From assembly GCA_030448265.1 (NCBI GenBank), contig JAUJNG010000013.1:94621-158620 (forward strand): a stretch of DNA of 64,000 nt, given 5' to 3'. The notes below the pieces were generated by a model. That model made no database searches, was not told where the DNA came from, and saw only the letters and a list, made by a program, of their open reading frames with translations. Every line of letters starts with the position of its first letter. Position 1 is the first letter of the stretch. This DNA is from Abditibacterium sp. (GTDB lineage Bacteria; Armatimonadota; Abditibacteriia; Abditibacteriales; Abditibacteriaceae). Made by a program: the position numbers and the translations under genes. Below, piece after piece: positions 9,162-18,798 of the stretch.

Positions 9162-9553
9162 AGCGGTTCTCGTTTGAGTTGATCCACGCTCGTTGGTAGG
9201 GACATGGCCTGCCACCTAATGTGTGACTTATTTTTCAATGGCTGAAGAGCCAGAAAGCTTGTGTGCCAGGAGGCTGAAGCCTCGGCAAGCAAACCAAGCC
9301 TGCCTTCGCAGGCTACACCTCATCCATAGGCCACGCAGGTGGCCTTGGTTTGGTTGCCGAGGCTTCAGCCTCCTGGCACATCCTGGAACACCTTGGAACA
9401 TCCTGGCACACAAGCCATCATCGTAGACTCTCACACTCCCCAAGAGTCACACATTAAGTGGCAGGCTATGTCCTTCGAGGGAGTAAGAAGCACCACAAGG
9501 ACATGGCAGGCCATGTCCCTACGAACCTGTCATTTCATTCGAGAACCGCTTTA
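9159..9553. mobile_element. Nested composite palindromic element (MITE/REP-like)
   Basis: 14-bp perfect terminal IR taaagcggttctcg/cgagaaccgcttta. Inner GTAG-REP arms 9196-9228/9445-9473 and 9498-9522. Inner arms about 9262-9298/9344-9380. Four 10-bp tandem units at 9371-9410. Confidence 0.75.
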
Positions 9554-9733
9554 AGCTGGTTGGCCTTCTTGAGAGGTGAAAGCGGCCATTGGGCCGCAAA
9601 CTCTGCCTGAAGCCCAATACACGCGCAAGCGAGGAGCTTGATTGAATTTTTCAATGCTCCAGTTGCCGTTGAGGTGCTGTTCTTCGACAACCTAAGGTTC
9701 AAGCCAGACGGTGGAATCGCGCGCCATGAAAAA

Positions 9734-10585
9734 TCAGTGCCGCAATAGGAACTCCGCGACTTCTCTCCACCACGCCGCGCGCGGATCGATGTCGAGCGTG
9801 TTGTGTCCGGCGTCGTGCTGAATCCACAACTTCTTCGGGCCACCGTAGCCCTCGAAAAGCGCCTGGCCAAACCGAGTCGGCACAATGTCATCTTTGCCGG
9901 CCAGCAACACCGCGACGCGGCCCGAGTATTTTTTCAGGGCCGCCGCCGCTTCATATTTGTCTTGCAAAACGAGGCGAACCGGAAACATCGGAAAGCGACT
10001 GGCCGCGACATCGGCGGTGCTGGTGTAAGGCGTGACCAGGAACAAACCGCGCACGTCGCGGGGATGCTGGGCCGCCAGCAGGCACGCCACGCCAGTCCCC
10101 AGCGATTCGCCGGCGATATAAAGTGGTCGCGGGTCGTTTTTCAGCAGTTGGTTCAAGGCCGCGTTCGCCGCCGCCACGATTTCGCTCTGGTTCGCCTGGC
10201 CTTCTCGCCAGCCATAGCCAGGATATTCCAGGCAGTAAAAGTCCCACTCTTTTCCATCGCGCTGCGCCCCAAGTCCGTCCATGAAATAGGTGCGCGTGAG
10301 AGCGTGCCCGCCGTTGCCGTGCAAAAGGAGCATACGGTTTTGCGCGGGTTCTGGCGCTTCGCGTTTCCAGCCAATAAGTGCGCCCTGTGCATCGCGCCAC
10401 GGCTGCACTTTGTGCTGCGGGGCGAGCGCGAGAAATTCGCTTTCCTGCCCGCGAGTGGGATGATACATGAAAGTGCGCTGCATCAAAGCGAGAACGAGAA
10501 ATACGCTCGCGTAGACGCTCAATGCGAACCATAACAGCTTAATCGCCATGTGCTTTCGAGAAGAGACAGCGCGCAAAGTCTTCAT
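9734..10585 (-). CDS. Membrane-anchored alpha/beta hydrolase (ABHD13/Bem46-like)
   Basis: LLLHGNGG, EYPGYG, GESLGTGVA, DDIVP, GHN; N-terminal TM helix. Confidence 0.88.
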   Translation of the reverse strand: MKTLRAVSSRKHMAIKLLWFALSVYASVFLVLALMQRTFMYHPTRGQESEFLALAPQHKVQPWRDAQGALIGWKREAPEPAQNRMLLLHGNGGHALTRTYFMDGLGAQRDGKEWDFYCLEYPGYGWREGQANQSEIVAAANAALNQLLKNDPRPLYIAGESLGTGVACLLAAQHPRDVRGLFLVTPYTSTADVAASRFPMFPVRLVLQDKYEAAAALKKYSGRVAVLLAGKDDIVPTRFGQALFEGYGGPKKLWIQHDAGHNTLDIDPRAAWWREVAEFLLRH

Positions 10586-10644
10586 GGTATCCCGTTTGGA
10601 ATGGCGCGGTGACGTCAGCCGACAGGGCCATCTCATCAGGAATT

Positions 10645-10760
10645 ATTCACCGCCCTACGCAGAGGCGCAAAGGTAAAAAACGAGAGTGAAAAGCGAGGCT
10701 TGGGGGCCAAGGCAGAGCTTCCCCGCTTTTTTCTTTGCGCCTCTGCGTAGGGCGGTGAAT
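10645..10760. repeat. Palindromic MITE-like element (caccgc..cagaggcgcaaag family)
   Basis: 28-bp perfect arms 10645-10672/10733-10760. Confidence 0.85.
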
Positions 10761-10849
10761 CAATTTCTGATGCGATGGCCCTGAGTCAGCCGAAAACCTC
10801 GCTTTGGATAGACGCCCGCTCCTGTCACACTGCCAGAGTTGAGATTACG

Positions 10850-11881
10850 ATGCCACAAAAGAGCGTTCGTTCCCATCGCGGCGAGCTGCCTGCCGCTCCC
10901 CAGACGCCTCCGCAACGGGTGTCCAGAGCCATGACGGGTGTTTCGGCGCTGCTTTGCCTGGGCCTGACGCTTTGCTACTGGCGGCGGCCCGATGCCTTCG
11001 CTGCGGTCACGATTTTTCCGGTCGGGTGCTGGTTTGTGCTTGGACTGCTGCTGACCGCTTGGGGCTGGAATCGCAGCCTTGCGCGCCAGGCCAAGTGGGT
11101 GGGAGCGATGTGGCTGGGGTTTCTGTTGATTTTCGCCGATGAACCCCGCAGCCTCCTGCGCGCGCTCCTGCCTCCACCGTCTCGAGATGAAGCGCGCAAC
11201 CTGCGCGTGGTTTCGCTCAATTGCAGTGCCGGCGATCCTTTGGCGGCGGCAGAAGTGGCGAAGTGGAAACCCGACGTGGTGCTGCTTCAGGAATCTCCGT
11301 CGCGCGCCGATGTCGAGCGACTGGCGCGCAGGCTGTTTGGAAAAGAGGGTGATTTCCTCTGGGGCGTCGATGGTTCCATCCTCGCTCGCGGCAGGCTGAC
11401 CCCGCGCCCGCTCTCGTCGGCCCTACGCAACTACTTTGTCCAGGCGCGCCTTCAATTACCGCAGGGCCAGGAGGCGGAAGTGCTGAGTCTGCGCCTCATG
11501 ACGCCGCCGTTTCGCATCGACTTGTGGTCACCATCGTGTTGGGAGGCTTATCCTCATAACCGTCAACTTCAGCGCGACCAGATGGGTGCCATCAGGGAGC
11601 AGTTGGGCGCGGTTCCCGATGAGCGCGCCCTCATCGTGGGCGGAGACTTCAACGCTCCTCAGGGCGATGCGATTTTCGGTGCCCTGCGCCCCCGCCTGCG
11701 CGACAGCTTCTCCCGCGCGGGCCGAGGCTGGGGCAATACCATCATCAACGATTTCCCCGCACTACGCATCGACCAAATCTGGGCCAGCGAGGCGTTGCAG
11801 CCGCGAAGTGTGAGAGCGCATCAAACCCAGAACTCCGATCACCGCGCCGTTATCGCCGATTTTCGCTGGAGCACCAAGTGA
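10850..11881 (+). CDS. Membrane endonuclease/exonuclease/phosphatase (EEP) family protein
   Basis: Three N-terminal TM segments; VVSLNC, LLQES, GGDFNA, RIDQIW, SDHRAV. Confidence 0.88.
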   Translation: MPQKSVRSHRGELPAAPQTPPQRVSRAMTGVSALLCLGLTLCYWRRPDAFAAVTIFPVGCWFVLGLLLTAWGWNRSLARQAKWVGAMWLGFLLIFADEPRSLLRALLPPPSRDEARNLRVVSLNCSAGDPLAAAEVAKWKPDVVLLQESPSRADVERLARRLFGKEGDFLWGVDGSILARGRLTPRPLSSALRNYFVQARLQLPQGQEAEVLSLRLMTPPFRIDLWSPSCWEAYPHNRQLQRDQMGAIREQLGAVPDERALIVGGDFNAPQGDAIFGALRPRLRDSFSRAGRGWGNTIINDFPALRIDQIWASEALQPRSVRAHQTQNSDHRAVIADFRWSTK

Positions 11882-11966
11882 TTCGCCTTCAATACGATGG
11901 GACTGGGCTGAGCGTGGAGTTTCAATACACCCTGATGACGCCGGTTATTTGAGATTGAGATGTGCG

Positions 11967-12074
11967 GCTTAACGTTTAATCTCACCCGCAACCGGAAGCC
12001 GAAGCGCAGTGGAGCGAGGAACGAGCGGAACGAAGCGCAGGCTGTAGAAGGTCGGGTGCTGCGCCTTGTTGTGC
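11967..12074 (-). mobile_element. Integron attC site (108 bp)
   Basis: Minus strand: R'' GCACAAC, 5 nt, L'' GCAGCACC, central imperfect palindrome, L' GGTGAGA, 6 nt, R' GTTAAGC. Lies 16 nt after the stop of ORF 12091-12450. Confidence 0.8.
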
Positions 12075-12090
12075 TGCTTGTCGGTCGCTT

Positions 12091-12450
12091 TCAATCAGTG
12101 ATTTTGAGATCGTTGAGCGTGTGTTCGCTTGGCCCCGACAAATTTACTGAGACTTTTTCTCTTGGCACTGCGTTGGAATATGTCGGCAAACCAACGATAA
12201 CCAATAAAAAATCTTCTATCACGCTCGCAGCGTTCATGTTTATCCACGAGTGACCAGCATTTAGATGTTTTTCAAATAGTGCCGTATATTCATCTGGTGT
12301 TACAAGCGCAGAACGAGGAACGAGGCTAACCTCACCATGTGTGATGTCAGTATCCTCAGCAATCAAAATGCGCGACCACGAAAGCGGCTGTTGGGACGAA
12401 CCGAGCCAAGAAGTAAGTCGTTCGAGATGTCGTTGGAGTTCGCTTATCAT
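12091..12450 (-). CDS. Hypothetical gene-cassette ORF (about 119 aa), lower GC
   Basis: ORF ends just before attC and is AT-richer than its flanks. No motif recognised. Confidence 0.6.
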   Translation of the reverse strand: MISELQRHLERLTSWLGSSQQPLSWSRILIAEDTDITHGEVSLVPRSALVTPDEYTALFEKHLNAGHSWINMNAASVIEDFLLVIVGLPTYSNAVPREKVSVNLSGPSEHTLNDLKITD

Positions 12451-12562
12451 TATCTTCAAGTTTCACTTTCCGAAACGCCGCGCGCAAGCAGAACAACAAC
12501 GTCGCTGTGTCGAAGCGCACGGCGTCGCACAGATGGAAACTGAGTTAGTAGAATGGAGAGTT

Positions 12563-13075
12563 ATGGGCAATATCCAAGAACGTCCACTCACCGACGAAGA
12601 AAAAGCAGAGTTTGAGACGCGTTCGTCGCGGGCTCTCAAGAATCTGGGTGTCAATGCCCCTGAAGCCAGTGCGGAATCTATTGTTCAACTGGTCGATGCT
12701 TTCGTGGATAAATGGCAAACCGGCGGCTTCGCGCCACGAAAGTCATTGTTCAGTCGCAAACCGGCTTTGCCCGACAGTGTTGATGTCGCATTGGGCCTGG
12801 GTGCCGTGTGGGGAGATCAAATCGTCAGGAAATTTGGCTGGGAATGGACGTGTCTTCAACAGGACGGACAAGATTTATATTGTGTCGCTTCTCAAGACTG
12901 TGGCTGGGTCATTTATCCCACCTATTTCCTCAAGGCGTGTCTTGACAATCCCCATGCCGATTGCACCGCCATGCTGAGTTTCAACATGCTGGCGGCGGGC
13001 AATATTCCTGCAAACCCCGCCAATAGTTATGAGAACCTGATGGGCGGAGTTCAAAGGGTCGTCCCCAAGCGTTAA
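12563..13075 (+). CDS. Hypothetical protein, DUF3806-like
   Basis: RBS ggag before ATG 12563. ALGLGAVWGDQIVRKFGWEW...GWVIYP resembles DUF3806; lower GC. Confidence 0.55.
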   Translation: MGNIQERPLTDEEKAEFETRSSRALKNLGVNAPEASAESIVQLVDAFVDKWQTGGFAPRKSLFSRKPALPDSVDVALGLGAVWGDQIVRKFGWEWTCLQQDGQDLYCVASQDCGWVIYPTYFLKACLDNPHADCTAMLSFNMLAAGNIPANPANSYENLMGGVQRVVPKR

Positions 13076-13158
13076 AATCTCGGCGCCCTTGTTCCACCTC
13101 ATCGTCAGGTGACTCACATCGGGACAAGGCGATTCGATGATGGGCGAAAAGCCATGGA

Positions 13159-13196
13159 AAAAGCCGCGCACTTCGCAATGCGCGGCTTTTGGTTTT
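13159..13196 (+). terminator. Intrinsic terminator
   Basis: aaaagccgcgca-loop-tgcgcggctttt followed by a T-rich tail. Confidence 0.75.
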
Positions 13197-13613
13197 TGTC
13201 GAGGCTCTATTCGCCTCGTTCCACGAGATAACGCATCTCGCCATCGACCAGAATCACACCCAGCACGCGGCGCCACTGCGACTCCGTTTGCGCCTGATGC
13301 TTTCCTGCTTCTTCGTTCGACGGCTTTTCCCCACTAAAGATAAAGGGGTTGTCCCCCTGGGTTTGAAACGTGTTCAAGGTGTTCATTTGTCCTTTCCTTC
13401 GCTCGGATTGTGGAGGTCAAAGACGCCTTCAACTCCATATTTGTTCGTCAAGAACTTTCAGTTCCTCGCCCTGAGTGGGCTACGAGGAAACACGCAAAAG
13501 CCAGCCTACAAGCTGTTCCCCGCGATCTTATTCCCAATAGGCTCTTGGCGAATGGGCGGCAGATCAAATCGCCCTCTATCGGGGCGCGGGTCTGGCCGGA
13601 CGCTCTTTGAGAG

Positions 13614-15965
13614 TCAGTTTGAAGGGTGAACATTGCTCTGGGCGTCGTAGAGCCACTGGCACCACTGCGCCCGCGTCATCGAAGCGCCGCTTTTGCGGGG
13701 CGAAGCGGCAGACGAATGGCGCCGCCCCAGCAGTTTCAGAGCGTTGAAGAGCCACTCTCTGGCCTCGGATGAGGTGAGCGGATCATTGGGGCGCAGTTCG
13801 GGGGACGCCGCGAGAATTTTCCAGTGCCGCAGCGAGTGCGCCGCGATGAAAGCGGCGTGGTCGGGCCGCAGATCGGAAAAAGCACTCGCGTCGTCGATGG
13901 CGGGCCGCAGCTCCGGTTTTTGGGTTTGCAGCCATTTCCACCCCCACTCCAGGGCCTGCGCGCGCGTAATGGCGGCGTCCGGTCGAGCCTCGTATTCAGG
14001 GAAAAACCCTTTGGTGCCAAAGTATTGAAGCGCCGCCCAGTGCGGGTGCTCCAAAGGCACATCGGTGAACACGCAAATCACCTGACCTTGCCGGAGCAAC
14101 TGCCTTTGTATTGCCTCGATGTCAAGGCGCGAAGGCGCGAGATTTTCCTTCACCGCGAGATGAGCCGCCACGCCCGCCGCCGTTCCAAGCGACATAAAAA
14201 CCGGCTCCATCCGCAAAGTGCCGTAGCCGATGTGCGAAGACGACACGCAAACGCTCACCACCACGCCTTCGATGCCCAGGGGAATCATGGTGCCAAAAGG
14301 CACCTGTGACGGCTGAGTCTGGTTTCCTGGCAGATAAAAAAAGCCTTCCAGCAGGCCGTTTTTTTCGGGCGAGGTGGCGTGGGAGTCGATGGGATAATCG
14401 GCAACGGCAATGCTGTCGGGGTGAAAATTGGGACGGCGCTCCGGCACGAGCGAGCGCGCATCGTTTTCGGTAAAAGTCGCGCGGCCCACGATGCGGCGGC
14501 CTTCGCGCACATAAAGCTGAGTTGGAAAGTGGTTGTTATCGACGAACTCATCGCTCGCAAAGCCCCAGCGCCCCGCTTCCTGCCGGAAAGAGAGCGGCAC
14601 GTCGGGATCGTTTTGCACAAAGTAGAGCAGTCCCAGAATATGGTCGCGGTGAGCCTGCGCCAGAGCTTCGCGCTCCCAGAGATCGGCTTCGGGATAGGAA
14701 TCGCTGCCGCCGATCAGGTCGGTGGAAGGATTGCCCAACGGATGGTTGTTGGCATCGAACTTCCCTGCGGGGAGGGGCAAAATGCTCATCACCTGCTCCA
14801 GACTTTTGATGCGGCCACTTGCGATGTCGGGAAGCAGCGTCAGATAACGGTTGCGGTCGTAGGATTTGGGAGCGGGAAACGGGGTGAGATTGTCGGCGCG
14901 CTGGGTGAGAATAAGGCGGTAATTATACGCCTGCACCTTACGGTCGCCCTTTCCACTGCCGAACTGCACGCGGCGCTGAAGCGGATCCCAGAAAAGTTCT
15001 CCGGCGTGTTCTTCGCCAAACTCGCCTTTGCCTTCGCGCCCAATGCGATATGCGGCGCCGGACTGCGCTGCCAGATCGCCTTCGTAGGTGGCGTCGATGA
15101 AAACTTTGGCGCCCAGCGTTTTGCGAATCATGCGCGGCCTGTCGATCACATAAAGCGCGCTGACGCGGTTGCCCTGCTTCTTCACGTCGCGCGAATGGTG
15201 GTCGAGCATCACGGAAAGGTTGGGCTGCCCCGCGAGCATACGCCCAAACACCCACTTGGCGACGCGCGGTTCGAAATAGTAACCGTCGCGACTCGCTTTG
15301 AGCTGGGGCGAATCGGGGCCGTAAGTCGTCGCGTAATAATGGCGCACGTTGTCGGCGAACTCTTTGAACAGCCCGCCGGAAGACTTCATGGAACCGAAAT
15401 CGGTGCGAGTGAGACCGCCCGTCATCATGCCGCCCAGCCAGGGCGAGGGACTCACCAAAGCCACTTTCTCGCCCAGGCGCGCCGCGCTGAGCGCCGCCGC
15501 GATGCCGCCTGGCGTGGCGCCCACCACCACGACATCGAAGGCGGCGCGGGTTTCGCGCGTGGTTTCGTTGGGAAGGCGCGTCGCGTCGGAAATCGGCGGC
15601 GACAAAACTTCCCCCGCGCCCCCAACGGCTGCCACCGCGTAGGAATACACCGTATTGGGAGTCAGACCGGAATTTTTGAACTCGCGCGCTTCCCCGCCGA
15701 GCGCGGCCACGATCTGCCCATCGCGATAAATGCGAAAACCCCCAGCGCTCACCCCCGAATTCCATTGCAAGAGAAAAGTGGACGGAGACAAAGCCTGTAA
15801 ACGGGTAATGAGAGGACGCGGCGCGGACGAATGGATTTCACTCTTTGGCGTGGGAGAGGCTGGAGCGAGGGGATCAGCCCAGGCGCAGGTCGAAACAGCA
15901 CTGCAAAGACTCAACCCAAATACGATTTTTCGCAACACACTTTTTCGAGACGGCATGACCTTCAT
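13614..15965 (-). CDS. Secreted FAD-dependent oxidoreductase with an N-terminal FN3 domain and C-terminal SLH-like repeats
   Basis: VVVGATPGGIAAA, FIDATYEGDL, QAYNYR, YVREGRR, LRMEPVFM. FN3 motif LTPNTVYSYAV; C-terminal FTDVP...ITRAQ. Confidence 0.88.
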   Translation of the reverse strand: MKVMPSRKSVLRKIVFGLSLCSAVSTCAWADPLAPASPTPKSEIHSSAPRPLITRLQALSPSTFLLQWNSGVSAGGFRIYRDGQIVAALGGEAREFKNSGLTPNTVYSYAVAAVGGAGEVLSPPISDATRLPNETTRETRAAFDVVVVGATPGGIAAALSAARLGEKVALVSPSPWLGGMMTGGLTRTDFGSMKSSGGLFKEFADNVRHYYATTYGPDSPQLKASRDGYYFEPRVAKWVFGRMLAGQPNLSVMLDHHSRDVKKQGNRVSALYVIDRPRMIRKTLGAKVFIDATYEGDLAAQSGAAYRIGREGKGEFGEEHAGELFWDPLQRRVQFGSGKGDRKVQAYNYRLILTQRADNLTPFPAPKSYDRNRYLTLLPDIASGRIKSLEQVMSILPLPAGKFDANNHPLGNPSTDLIGGSDSYPEADLWEREALAQAHRDHILGLLYFVQNDPDVPLSFRQEAGRWGFASDEFVDNNHFPTQLYVREGRRIVGRATFTENDARSLVPERRPNFHPDSIAVADYPIDSHATSPEKNGLLEGFFYLPGNQTQPSQVPFGTMIPLGIEGVVVSVCVSSSHIGYGTLRMEPVFMSLGTAAGVAAHLAVKENLAPSRLDIEAIQRQLLRQGQVICVFTDVPLEHPHWAALQYFGTKGFFPEYEARPDAAITRAQALEWGWKWLQTQKPELRPAIDDASAFSDLRPDHAAFIAAHSLRHWKILAASPELRPNDPLTSSEAREWLFNALKLLGRRHSSAASPRKSGASMTRAQWCQWLYDAQSNVHPSN

Positions 15966-16105
15966 ACTCTCTTTGAATTGTTTCGGCGCGAAGTGTGGTT
16001 CGGCCAATGGTTATTAATATAATAGTTTATTTTCCTGCGTCAAACTCTCACTTCGTGGTTTTCGACTCTTCTGTTCCTTCCTCAAATCCGCAACACTGGT
16101 TACTG

Positions 16106-17137
16106 ATGATTCCGCCCCTGCACCGCTACAAACTCCCTTTGTTCGCCATTTCGTGCCTCGCCAGCGCGTGTTTTCCGGCCCTGGCTCAACAAACCCGACC
16201 TCCTTCCACTTCGATGACCGTCCCGCAGCCGACCTCGCTTTCTCCTTTTGCCGACGACCTAACGCGGCAGATTTTGGCGCGCTTTGTGGGCGAAAAACTC
16301 AAAGCCGACGAGTTCGCCTGGACGCTCATCGATCTGCAAAATCCGGTGGTGCCCGCCATCGCCGGTTATCGCGCCGATGAGCCGATTTATCCGGCGAGCG
16401 TCGTCAAATTGTTCTATCTGGCGGCGGCGCAGCACCAACTCGAAAGCGGGCAAATGCCCGACACGCCCGAACTGCGCCGCGCTCTGCGCGACATGATCGT
16501 CGATTCCAGTAACGACGCGACGGCGCTGGTGCTCGATATGCTCACCGGCACGACGGGCGGGCCGGAACTTTCGCCCGCAGAGTTCGCGCTCTGGGCGCAA
16601 AAACGCAACGGCGTCAACCGCTTTTTCGCCGGTCTGGGCTTCGGCGGCATTAATGTCAATCAAAAACCGTGGAACGAAGGCCCCTATGGCCGCGAACGCC
16701 AGTTTGTCGGCCCCAATTACCACAACCGCAACAAACTCACGACGGCGGCCACGGCTCGTTTGCTTTCTCAAATCGCGCGGCGCCAGTGGGTTTCACCCGC
16801 GCGCTCCGACGAGATGCGCGAACTTTTGAAACGCGATCCGACGGCCAAAGCGAGCGCCGACTCCCAGGTCGCGGGCTTTATCGGCGCGGCCATTCGCGAC
16901 GTTCCTGGCGCGGCGCTGTGGTCGAAAGCGGGATGGACGAGCAAGACCCGCCACGACGCGGCTTACATCGAACTGCCAGTTTCACCCCAATTTCCGCGCG
17001 GGGCGCGCTTCGTGCTGGTAGTTTTTACTTCCAACCATGCCCCAAATACCCAGATGTTGCCCGCGATGGCGCGTTTGATCATCGACAGGCAGTTTGGCAG
17101 TAGCGCTGCCCAAGTGAACACGGCCCAGGTGAAATAG
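16106..17137 (+). CDS. Serine hydrolase, class A beta-lactamase-like fold
   Basis: PASVVK (SxxK), DSSND, WSKAG; signal peptide. Confidence 0.85.
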   Translation: MIPPLHRYKLPLFAISCLASACFPALAQQTRPPSTSMTVPQPTSLSPFADDLTRQILARFVGEKLKADEFAWTLIDLQNPVVPAIAGYRADEPIYPASVVKLFYLAAAQHQLESGQMPDTPELRRALRDMIVDSSNDATALVLDMLTGTTGGPELSPAEFALWAQKRNGVNRFFAGLGFGGINVNQKPWNEGPYGRERQFVGPNYHNRNKLTTAATARLLSQIARRQWVSPARSDEMRELLKRDPTAKASADSQVAGFIGAAIRDVPGAALWSKAGWTSKTRHDAAYIELPVSPQFPRGARFVLVVFTSNHAPNTQMLPAMARLIIDRQFGSSAAQVNTAQVK

Positions 17138-17147
17138 ACTGGCGCCG

Positions 17148-17921
17148 ATGGATTTAACCTGGTGGCAGTGGGCGGCGCTGGCGGGCGGCTCGTTTTTGAT
17201 TGGAGCGACCAAAGCGGGCCTGGTGGGCATCGGCATTCTGGCGATTGCCATTTTCGCCCTGATTTTGCCGCCGCGCGATTCGACGGGTGTGGTGCTGCCG
17301 CTTTTGATCTGCGCCGATGCCGTGGCCGTCGCGCTCTATCGCCGCCACGCGGTGTGGCCGCATCTGGTTCGGCTCGTGCCCTGGGCGGCTCTGGGCATCG
17401 TCGTGGGCGCGGGCGCCATGAGCCGCATCGACGACCGCGCGGTTCAACTCTTTCTCGGCGTCGTGCTGCTCGCTCTGACGCTTTATCAACTGGGCCAGCG
17501 CTTGCGTCCCTCGGCGCCGCAGGAAACGCCGCAAGCCGCCGAAGGCGCGGGGGAGCACTCGGCCAGCGTGGGATTGGCTGCCGTTGTGGGTCTGGCGGCG
17601 GGTTTTGTGACCATGCTCTCCAATGCGGCGGGGCCGCTCATGCTGCTTTATCTGCTGGCGATGAGACTGCCCAAATGGGAAATGATCGGCACCGGCGCGT
17701 GGTATTTTCTGCTGCTCAACGTGTTGAAAGTGCCCTTTAGCGCCGACCTGGGATTGATTAATGCGTCTTCTTTGCTTTTAGACCTGACGCTGGCGCCCTT
17801 CGCCGTGGCGGGCGTGCTTCTGGGGCGGCGTTTGATCGCGCTCATCCCGCAGAACGCTTTCGAGTTGCTGGCGCTGATTTTTACCGGCCTTGCCGCCGCA
17901 CGCCTGCTGTGGATGGGATGA
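17148..17921 (+). CDS. TauE/SafE-family (sulfite exporter-like) membrane protein
   Basis: Eight TM segments; STGVVLPLLICAD; NAAGP. Confidence 0.88.
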   Translation: MDLTWWQWAALAGGSFLIGATKAGLVGIGILAIAIFALILPPRDSTGVVLPLLICADAVAVALYRRHAVWPHLVRLVPWAALGIVVGAGAMSRIDDRAVQLFLGVVLLALTLYQLGQRLRPSAPQETPQAAEGAGEHSASVGLAAVVGLAAGFVTMLSNAAGPLMLLYLLAMRLPKWEMIGTGAWYFLLLNVLKVPFSADLGLINASSLLLDLTLAPFAVAGVLLGRRLIALIPQNAFELLALIFTGLAAARLLWMG

Positions 17922-17959
17922 CAACGCGGCGCCGTGGCCCTCGCCCAATTTTCTTGCGA

Positions 17960-18424
17960 CTAACTCCCAGCGCCAACACCCAGCAGTTCCAGCGTTTTGG
18001 CGTCAGGGCTTCCCTGGAAATGCTTTTCGAGCAGGCGCTCGAACACCGAGCCCGAAGGCGACACCTGCGCGAACAGGGTCGCGCACGAGCGCAGTTTCAG
18101 GTCATCGGGCGAGCCGAAGATCTCCTGGGCCGAGCGACCCTCAACGCGCAGCACTGCGTGGGTGCACTCCAGCAGCCTGGCGCCCAGCACCGGATGGGCG
18201 AGATAGGCCCTGGCCTCTTCCAGACTTTTAATCGCGAAGTGCTTCGAAGTTGAACTGAAAGCCAAGCCATCGAACTGCGGAAAGATGAACCACATCCAGT
18301 GCGTGCGTTTCCGGCCACTGCGGATTTCCGCGAGCGCCTGCTCGTAGTCGTTCTCCTGCGCTTGGACAAAGCGGCTCAAGTTGAAGGGGTCACTGGTGGG
18401 GCGGGAGTCGCTGGAAAGGGTCAT
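17960..18424 (-). CDS. DUF1810 family protein
   Basis: FNLSRFVQAQ, GRKRTHWMWFIFPQ, YLAHPVLGARL, PDDLKLRSC. Confidence 0.9.
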   Translation of the reverse strand: MTLSSDSRPTSDPFNLSRFVQAQENDYEQALAEIRSGRKRTHWMWFIFPQFDGLAFSSTSKHFAIKSLEEARAYLAHPVLGARLLECTHAVLRVEGRSAQEIFGSPDDLKLRSCATLFAQVSPSGSVFERLLEKHFQGSPDAKTLELLGVGAGS

Positions 18425-18600
18425 GCGGGTTTGTGATTTCCGAGGGTCTTTGGAACCTATCCAAAGGGGCTGGGAGCGCGAGCATCCATGCTCGCAGTGC
18501 GGCCTCAGCCGCATCAAAGGCGTGAGGCTTTCGCGGGGTTGCGAGTAAGGATGCTCGCGCTCCCGAAAAAAGTTTAAACGTCTATCGAGATAGGCTCTTA

Positions 18601-18752
18601 GAATCAGTTTGAAAAGTCGGTAGCTGTTGGTCAAGCGGTTTGTAGGGGTGCCGCGAGGCGCGTTTGGATCAACTCTTACGCTTTCCAAACGCGCCTCGCG
18701 GCACCCCTACAAACCGCTCTATAAACCGCAAAAGGACTTTTCAAACTGATTC
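18601..18752. repeat. Nested palindromic element: 18-bp outer IR enclosing a 35-bp GTAG-REP-like doublet
   Basis: Outer gaatcagtttgaaaagtc 18601-18618/18735-18752; inner 18634-18668/18684-18718, both perfect. Confidence 0.85.
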
Positions 18753-18798
18753 TTAGTGTGCCTCCTCATTTGCTTCGGCGCTCACTCTCTCATCCCCT

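Noticed and set aside
9556-9733. Small minus-strand ORF with an internal TAG (MARDSTVWLEP*VVEEQH...)
   Set aside because: Too short and without recognisable homology to support a gene, pseudogene or read-through call.
13200-13610. Short minus-strand ORF fragments with an RBS-like aaggaaagga
   Set aside because: No consistent frame or recognisable motif; could be a decayed gene but cannot be supported.
16106-17137. Functional class A beta-lactamase resistance gene
   Set aside because: SxxK is present, but SDN reads SSN and KTG reads KAG. The fold alone does not show beta-lactam hydrolysis.
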